Shown here piece after piece: positions 24,703 through 34,000 of a stretch of 64,000 nucleotides of DNA. Location of the stretch: NCBI GenBank assembly GCA_051362555.1, contig CM120641.1:43840401-43904400 (forward strand), read 5' to 3'. Each line of letters begins with the position of its first letter. The first letter of the stretch is position 1. A program made the translations under genes and the position numbers. The notes beneath the pieces were generated by a model. That model was not told the origin of the DNA and ran no database searches. It worked only from the letters and a program-made list of their open reading frames with translations. Origin of the DNA: Lingula anatina. Taxonomy: Eukaryota; Animalia; Brachiopoda.

Positions 24703-25380
24703 TTTAAATGTGTTATGTGCTATTATATTAAATGATAGTTAACTTAAGTTTTTTATAATTTATTTTCACTATAATAATGTAATAAATAATGTCTCTCATA
24801 AAATCCAAAACTATCCACAGGGTTATGTAAATGCACCTGAGCTAATTTTATAAAGATATGTATGTACTGTTTATTCGTGTTACAAGAAAGGGTAAGTTGA
24901 AATAAACCTCTATGATAAATATGCAATGATGTTCACATAAATCTAATGCCACTTTCTTCTTTTTGTAATTTTTATTATTGTTTTTTTTTTGCACGAGATT
25001 AAAGAGGTCACTGTAGCAACCTGACAGCATGCAGAAATAGATGTGTGTGTGCCTCTGTCAAGAGGTATAAATCATTAGTTAACTAAAGGAATTAGTGTAT
25101 ATGGTCCCACTCAAGTTAAATCACATCAAAAAAAGTTTTTAGTTACAGAGCATTACGTATATTTAAAAACAATCTCTGATTTAAAATAGACACAAACAAT
25201 TTGAGCTTATTCTTTGGGTCTTAGTATCCCTTAACACAATATTTCTCAAACTTTGCAATAGTAAAATAACACTATTACTATAAAAAATTAAAAAAAAAAG
25301 TTCTAGACAATCAATTACCGCATGGTTTATTATTAAGGTTTTATTGAAAAGATCCCAGGTGCTGCTGACTTTCAAGTCAC

Positions 25381-25541
25381 TGGCGTTTCGTTCTTATTAG
25401 AACTCTTCAGGTGTGCATAGGCTATGAAAGGAATGGTATTAATATGCTGAATATTAACAAACTACATGTATATTAATACACATGATTAATATTCCACACA
25501 AACTGTAACTATTCACCTCCATAGCCAGCAACACGACGCCA
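25381..25541 (-). ncRNA. Type III hammerhead ribozyme with canonical GUC cleavage triplet
   Basis: Minus strand: UGGC-GUC-GUG(U)UGC-U-GGCUAUGGAGG...(long loop)...CUUUCAUAGCC-UAU-GCACAC-CUGAAGA-GUUC-UAAUAA-GAAC-GAAA-CGCCA. Perfect 6-bp stem III, 4-bp stem II, long stem I. Predicted cut between 25535 and 25534. Confidence 0.9.
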
Positions 25542-25815
25542 CATTCAAAACACGGAAATCCAGCAAATTGGTCACATTCTTAATTAGTAGCAGTCAAATA
25601 TCAACTAAAATATTACCAGAACTGCTTTTAATGATACTGCTAATATATTTCTGTCATGAATCATAACATTGAATGACAATCAGATAAATCTTGGACCATG
25701 TTACTGAATCTCTGTCTTGATAAACATAATATATGCTAACAAGGATTAGGAATGTTATATGAAACACATACACAAACTGTGAAGTTCTCCTCAACTACCA
25801 TGCATGTATCTTGGT

Positions 25816-25862
25816 GTTTTATCAAGGAGTTATAACAGTCTGTTATAACTCCTTGGTTTTAT
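25816..25862. mobile_element. P-superfamily-like excision footprint (33 nt = 17+16 nt of TIR, 7-bp TSD)
   Basis: GTTTTAT-CAAGGAGTTATAACAGTCTGTTATAACTCCTTG-GTTTTAT. Confidence 0.7.
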
Positions 25863-26873
25863 CAAATGTGAAACACTGAGGAAACAACGAATTGCTCACA
25901 ATCAGATGAAACTCTTTAAATAGTGCATGCTTAATTAACTATAAAGATGTATCTTTCAATCACAAACTCACATGCATGCTTGTGTGAGAATTCTCAACAT
26001 TCTCAACACAAATTCTCAACATTCAGATTAAAAACAATGTAAACTTACAGAACAACTGAATGCAAACAACAAGAATTAACACACACAGATCAACAATAAC
26101 AAACCAACTTCAAAACATATATCTACACAAGTACTTCTACTAATGCCCTCCCCTGGATTACTGCCAGTTGTACTGCACACAATATCCCGTGAACAGGAAA
26201 AGCACTTTGGACGCCTTAAAAAAATCATATTACCTACTATAGTGTCGGATACACAAGATAAATGGTAATGTTGATACTGTGGAGACAGTAGATTCTAATA
26301 AAAAACATGAAACTATGTCTTCAGGACTACCAAGACTTGTCCTGTTAACTTGATAACTAGAGGATTGCTGGCAAAAAGGTAACAGTTGCATTCACTTTGT
26401 TCAGGTTGATCATTCTCAAGGATTTTACTACTCCGCACTAAAGACTTTAAACAAGAATAACAAAAACAATCACTATCTTTGTAAGAACCACCTTGTCTTA
26501 CGTACACTTCCGAAGCTACTGACTAGTTGCTAGATGCAGCCTCTTCACTGACATCAACATGCCAGTACCTTAAATCTACTTTCCCACACTTTGCACAGGG
26601 ATCACACGGAACACCTGGGTGAATGTCTCTCGGGCATGATATAATATTCAATTTATGATGAAATAAAAAATATGTTCAAGTGATATATACCAACTTACTG
26701 TTAGCTACTCACTATATATATATATATATATATTCAGCTGTGTAACACTGATATCTTAATATAATACAAGTCTTTGTACTGTCAACACTTTAGGTCACTG
26801 AAAGTATAAAAAGATAGATAAACCTAATATTTGTACATTATAATAATAAATAACAGAAAAATATTTTTCAATA

Positions 26874-27344
26874 GTTTATACAAGGTGTTACAACTCCTTG
26901 GTTTATACAAGTTTAAGTCCTTTTCATGGATTATATTACATTTTTTGTGTTTTTTCATCTTACCTAAATCAAGATGCAAAGAAATAGCATGAAAAGGGAT
27001 ATGCAGAAAATTCAACATTCAATTTGACATTCATTCAAGATGTAACACAAGACTGCCCCTGTAGTTACTCGGAACATTGCAAAATATACTACCTGTCAGA
27101 AATGTAGAAAATCAAGGAGTTACAACTCCTTGGTTTATACAAGTTTAAGTCCTTTTCATGGATTATATTACATTTTTTGTGTTTTTTCATCTTACCTAAA
27201 TCAAGATGCAAAGAAATAGCATCAAAAGGGATATGCAGAAAATTCAACATTCAATTTGACATTCATTCAAGATGTAACACAAGACTGCCCCTGTAGTTAC
27301 TCGGAACATTGCAAAATATACTACCTGTCAGAAATGTAGAAAAT
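26874..27344. repeat. 232-bp tandem duplication, each unit headed by a P-like footprint palindrome
   Basis: Units 26881-27112 and 27113-27344 are nearly identical. The first footprint, CAAGGTGTTACAACTCCTTG, is flanked by a GTTTATA TSD. The second, CAAGGAGTTACAACTCCTTG, sits exactly at the junction. Confidence 0.9.
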
Positions 27345-28030
27345 CGTTAAGTTACACGTTATTTTGGTTCCTAAAATTTTTACATATTCAAAATCAAAAG
27401 TCAAACTTAAAAAAAAAAAAAACGAACAGATTAAGAAAAATCATCCTACCTGCGTTTGGCACAATTCAAAAGAACTATAATATACTATAGTATACTATCT
27501 GTGTGTTTGCTTAAAAAAAAAAAAACTGGGAAGAATGTTGTAATATGTGCCTGAAGCTTGGTGTGGCACGTCTTGGTCACGTGGGTTTAAAAAGCGGGAA
27601 ATTGCAGTGTGTAATGCGCAATGTCAGGTGAAGGATATGATGCAACGTTTCTACCACTATAATCTTACATGAAGCTGTTGGTTTTATTCATGGTTTATCA
27701 AATTACATTGAATCACAACAAATGCAAGAAAGAATTAATTCACAATTTATATGACCAAACTTGTAACGTTCTCCTCCACTTTCTCACTGCTGACTAAAAT
27801 TCTTACAGACTACTGTTTGTGGTTTTTATAAAGACAAGTCTGGAAATATCTTCTTATAAGACAGATTTAAAAGAATATTACATTTGGTAACCTTAAAGAA
27901 CCACATATTTTCCTTTCTTTTTTTGTTCTTTCTTTCTTTTTAAAAAGTATTTACAATACCAGTCAACTTCTCAACTTACAATAATGCAATCAATGATTGT
28001 ATTAAGTGTCTCCTGGTTAAAAAGTTAGTT

Positions 28031-31000
28031 CTAGAGTCTTGCCAAGGGTCCATCAGTGTCCACCTCTCGACACTTATTAAACGCATCACAGTAGCCAGCA
28101 AAATTGTTGCATGGCGCACCTGATACAAATACAGATGGAAGAAGAAGGTAAACATGGTATACTGACATTTCGCAAAAAAAGTAAGTGGTTTTTCTTTCTT
28201 TCTTTTTTTTTTTAACAAAATGTAGCCTACTGAACATTTAAAATAAATATCATACCCTTTACAAATAAATGTCATTATGATTGTTATCATCTTTATCAAT
28301 ATCATCTAACATTCATAACATTATTATGCTAGAGGTTTTCTGGTGAAAAAAAAAAAAAACATCTAGCCTTTCATAAATCTTCACCAATTAAATCCTTACA
28401 CACAACTATTAACAAATAATAATTAAATTAATCTAAAGTCTCATATCTTTAAATGCTCAGTAGACTTTAAAACACTAAAATACTAAAGAATTAAAAACAA
28501 GTTGTAAAACCATAGTTAAGTCATCATACAAATCAAAACTACATGCCCAACAATGAAATTATTCTACCCCATCTATATAACACCTATCAATAAACTACAC
28601 CTCCATCAAAATCCACTATTCCGTCCTAGACACCCATCCACTCCCACTCACAACTATACACACCCAATATACTATACTCACCAGGGGGCGCTTTGATAGC
28701 ATCTCCATTGGTAACAGTTTTTAACATGGCCTTAAAAGTATCTGGAAAACCGCCATCCTTTTGATTCAAAGAGCTCCAGCATTTTGAATCATTCCCTTCT
28801 ACAATTAGGAAAATATAGCACATATCTCAGTTGAATGTCAGAATTATTTCAGAAAATTATCCTGTTAAAAAAATTATACACGTAGAAACTGTGAGTTATA
28901 TACTTATCCAACCACATTTTAAAATACATTTTATAACAACTACGACATTAACCACTGGCTTGACTGGCAATCTCAGTAAAAATCGGACTGGGCCAGTAGA
29001 TTTTATTCAGCAGAAACATGTGCTCAATTTTTAATAATTTGTTTAATGTTCAGACTTAATGTCGATATACTTATTTTTAAACAACATTTTAAAAATCCCA
29101 TATTTTTGTTCTTAATTTCAATAGAAAGTCTGTTTAATCTTAGTGTGTTAATTCAAGTATTTTTCTTTTTTTTTTGAAAACTGGACATGGGCCAGTGAAT
29201 TTGTGTTTTGGCCAGTAAATTCTCAGACCCTAAAGGTCCTAATGGTCTGTAACTTGAAAAGTCTTTTGCACAGACTGTTATTATAACAGAAAGAAAACCA
29301 ACATACCTCTACAAGATACATAACATAAGGATGTCTTGTCAACTTTTTTATCTTTAAGATCAGCTTTAATGAAGCACTCCTCCCAACGGACATTATTACT
29401 CTCCATTCTTTCACATATAGACCCAGTGCATTCCTAAAGAGAAAATGGAAAACGTCTTTAACCACTATAAAGTTGATTACCTGGTTAATATTGAAGTGAG
29501 TTATCTTTACCTGACAAAATTCCTTACACTAACTATCAAATTAACAGTGTGAAGGCTTACTGAAAAATCAAAAAAAGGCTATATATACACTATTCAAATT
29601 CTTTGCTATGTCAAAAGGGCAATAACTGCTCATATGAATGAGATATTTAAATCAATAAGTTTTATGCTACACAGGAAGCACAAGGTACCACTTGTTTATA
29701 GAAATAGAAGCTGAATACTGTGGTCAATTCATCGGTCAAAATTATTGAAGAGATATGTAAGTGTCAAAACATTATGTACTCCCCTACACAACAACAATAT
29801 AATAATAATAATAATAGTAAATCATTGATGTTAGAATTTATTGTCATTTTGTTGTTTGTTGATCATTTGACTACCATTGTTAGGTATCAGGGGATTGAGA
29901 ATTACCAGAGCATCTACTAATTAAATATCACATTACAACAATTTCAAAAAAACTATTCTAATAGTAATCCATTGGTGTAGTCTTTGTTTGGAAGGTCACA
30001 TTGTGACCAAAATCTTTGTAATTTGTAGTTTAATTTTTTTAGAAAGTGAAAAGTTTAGTTTTATAACATGACAATCATATTGTTAATATCCTTATAGAAG
30101 AATCACTGAGATAAGATATACTGAACACAGCAGAAAAACTTACCCCTTGTTTGCATACTTTGGTATTATTTTTACAGGGTGAGTAGTCCGGCTTCAATGT
30201 TGAGTCTGGACAAGTGTAGTTTGTTCCCGTGAGATGGGAGTTAAGGCAAATATTTTACTGACATAAAAGAGTACTTCACCAATGATTTAAATTGCATGCA
30301 GTTAAAATCACCTAAAAAGTTATCATAGCATATGGTCATATATAAAAAAAGCTGGCAATGTGAAAATCTGACTTCTAAATCTCAATTTACTATAATTATT
30401 ATCATAATTATCCATTAGGCAAACTGGTCTATAATGCAAAAGTTATATGTCCTGTAAATCAAGGATATCTACAAATCTGTTGTTCATTGCAATCTGCAGC
30501 AGCTCTGCATACAAGCTTCTTTGAATCTGGAACATAGTCACAGGTAGTTGCATTACAACATGGCCCTTGCGACGGACTGAAAGGAAAAATTATGAATAAA
30601 AAATTAACCAGTTGCCATACAATTCAACTGTAATGATTTCCCTCACAATTTATCTAGCTGAAGTTGATTCCATTCATTTATGGCAATTCACAGAACAACT
30701 TTACCCAAATTTTATGTACTTGGTTTATATGTCTATTACTGTGTAAAATGCACTAAAATGGTAAATATATTTTTTAGATCAGCTTTTCAATTACTAAATA
30801 ATGAAACAAAGTCAAAATAAACAAAGCAAGATCAGAAAATGCCATATTAATGGCAGATCCAGGTGGCATGCACAGAGGGAATATATCCTTCCGTCTTCTA
30901 AAGAAAGTTAGCACCCATTCCCCTGCCCTAAAAATTACATAAAAGTTGTCCTTATGTACCATTTTGTATTTTCTAAGCGAAGCAAGGTGAAATTTTTCAT

Positions 31001-34000
31001 GCTTGTTTTCCCCTTCAGTAAACTGCTGCATCTGGTACTGTAACAATCCATATTTCCCCTTACCTACACACTGTGCCAGGCTTTCTTTTACATGCATTAC
31101 TGCTACTGCCACTTTCTACTGCTGGGTTGCAGCACTTGTCTGTACATTCCCCATTACTGTTGGCAAATCCACAGTCACATTCCTCTCCTTCTTCTACTAT
31201 GTTGTTTCCACAGAAAGCAGCATCACTGCCTGTGGCACAGAAGATAATATCATTTAGTACTTATTCAACAGAAGATATAAAATTTACACTTCATGCAACA
31301 CCTTATCTATGAGACTGTAGAGAAAAATCAAGATAGGTTTTAAAGTAATAAATATTAAATCAAATATACCAAATTTTTTATTAATATTCACTCAACAAGA
31401 TACTGACTCAACCATTTTCTCTTACAAATGTGACTAAAAGGCACTTGTAAGGACAGCCAAACATTCTAGATTTGATATGAAAATCTATGAATTCTTTTAG
31501 TAACTTCTTACAGTGGAAAATATTTTTAACCACTATAAAGTCTATTACCTGGTTAATATAGAAGTGAGTTATCCTTACCTGACAAAATTCCTTATAGTAA
31601 CTATCAAATTACCAGTGTGAAGGCTTACTGAAAGAATGAAAAAGGCTGGGGACTTTTATTTGTTTTATCTGATATTCAAATTCTTTGCTATGCCGAATGG
31701 GTAATAATTGCTCATAAGGATGAGATGTTTAAATCAAGTTTTACACTACACAAGGTTCCACATGTTAATAGAAATAGAAGCTGAATACTGTGGTCAATTT
31801 ATTGGTCAAAAGAGATACTAGTATGCAAGTGTTAAAACATTGTGTACTCCCCATACACAACAACAACAAATAATAATAATAATAAGATTTTAATAAGATT
31901 TTTTTAGGTATATGAACCACCAGTACACTATTATGAATAAAATTCACCCATCTCCATAATTTTGTTTATGGGTGGTAAAAATCAGAAATTTTGAATTGGA
32001 GAATGGGTTTGTGGGTTGCAATTTCCTTTCAGTTTTGGTCAGGGTATACTTTGGTGAAAAGGTGTTCAAATAAGGGCACATTCCCATAGATTTTAGATCA
32101 ATCTATCCCCGTGGGGAGTCTCACTAGATTACTGTCAGATAATCCGGCTTAAATGTCCGTCCCGCCTACTGCAAGCTGCAATGGGGTAATTAACTTTCGT
32201 GCCCACTCGGCTGACAGCTATTTAGCTTGAACCCGCAGGGATTTAGGTCGATCTAGTTGGATCAATCTAATCTCTGGAAATGGGGTCTAAGAAGGAAAAT
32301 CAATATTTTGCTATGTAAAGGTCTAACACACATTGAATGCCAGTAGTAAATCTTACCAATAAGACAGTTCACTTTGTTGGCTCCCCTGTTCAGAGCATCA
32401 AGAACCAGAGTGATGTTGTCTTTACTGCAAGGGGAGAACAGCTTGTTGTTTGGTTTTTCTCCAGAGGTAGCACTTGCAAACATGATATAGTTCCCATTTC
32501 TGTCACCCATTGATGTGTAGGGTGTACACTTGCTTCCCTGGTCATGCTAAAATAATTATATTTTAGAACTTCAGTATTTATCTAATTATTTATTTATTTG
32601 TTTGTTTATTAACTTATTAACTTATCTATATAGTGGTATATATATTTTTTCTTTTTTTTTTTTACCACTTATCTTGTCATATTTCTTTATTCAGTTCTTA
32701 ATTATTTTTTTCAACACAAAATGAGAGCATAAAGGATCCTATGGTCATAAGGTGATATCCCTTTTCTCTAATCTGATAAAAACATCTATTCATCTACAAG
32801 CAGTACAGTTTTATTTTGTAGATCACATTCCACATCTGAATATTTTATACTAAATCAGTGACAAATGTAGTTAAATGCAGTATTTTGAACATCTCTCTCT
32901 TTTGTTTCTTTTCTTTTCTTTCTCGTTTTCTTAAAATCACCAGCTTTTTGTATTCTACTAAACACCAAGAGAAGGCGTGCTATGTTAGACTGATCTATGT
33001 AGAATGACAGATTCATTGCGAATGTGCCTTAACACACTATGGACTCACCGGTGACCCAAAGTTATGACCGATTTCGTGGGCCAGCGTCAGTGAGGAAACC
33101 CTGGATGGAACAGTCTGCCCATAGTTAATGAAGGTCACAATGCCTGTGTTCAGACTCTTGTACACTTTGAGGGTGCTGGTGGCTTGGCCACGCCCATATT
33201 CCTTGTACTCCTTCCATTTTTCACATATGCCACCAAATGCCCCTTAAGAAGAAGTCACATTTTTATTTTGTGCGTGTGTGTATGTGTGTGTGCATGCATG
33301 CATGACTTCCATCGATGAATAATTACATAAACAATAACTAAATATTTATGTGATTTAATGTATGATTAAAAATTCATGTTTAAAAAGTTTCATCAGTTTG
33401 GTAGATAGTAAAAATCAAATACCCTTTTGAAGATGGCCAAATGTTGAAATACTTCACAAGAGTTTTCTTTTTCTAGGTTTGTGACAAAAGAACTTTTCAT
33501 CTCAAATAAATAAATAAAGAAATATGATAACATATTGACCATGAATTACAAAATCTTTCTCCTGTCCACCACAAAAGGAAACAAAGATTGCACCACTTAC
33601 TTTTTGATCCCTCCCACGCCAGTCCCAGGGTGCCTCCAGTGAAATCACGATACGTGAACATGTACGCCAGGCAGTACTTGTCGTGGTTCATTTTAGAGTT
33701 TAGGTTAAGGAAGTGGATGACAGATATATATCTAATGCAGAAGTCTTTAACAGCTGCTAGTGAGCAGTCACTACGCTTGAAAATCTGAAATGTAACATTA
33801 AATGGCAGTCTGAGATCATACTTCTGGTCCATGGCAATTAACCACAAAGTTGGGGATTTTGTAAAAAATCTATTAAACTATGTTAAAAGTTAAAATAGTA
33901 ACTGTAAATTTTATACTGCAACTGCAGCCTTCACTCACTCTGACAACATGAGAGGTACTTCACAGAAAAGCCAACAGGCCTGTTTTCTGGTGCTTCTCAT

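Noticed and set aside
24703-25380. Possible protein-coding cargo between the two hammerheads (Obelisk- or deltavirus-like ORF)
   Set aside because: Only 60-64 aa low-complexity ORFs, very AT-rich, and no rod-like self-complementarity visible beyond the ribozyme cores.
22000-27979. Search for the ADAM10-A transmembrane and cytoplasmic exons
   Set aside because: No HWW/hydrophobic/VHTPS-like coding segment with splice sites was found by eye. The segment near 26450-26640 looks UTR-like but cannot be assigned. Absence needs tblastn confirmation.
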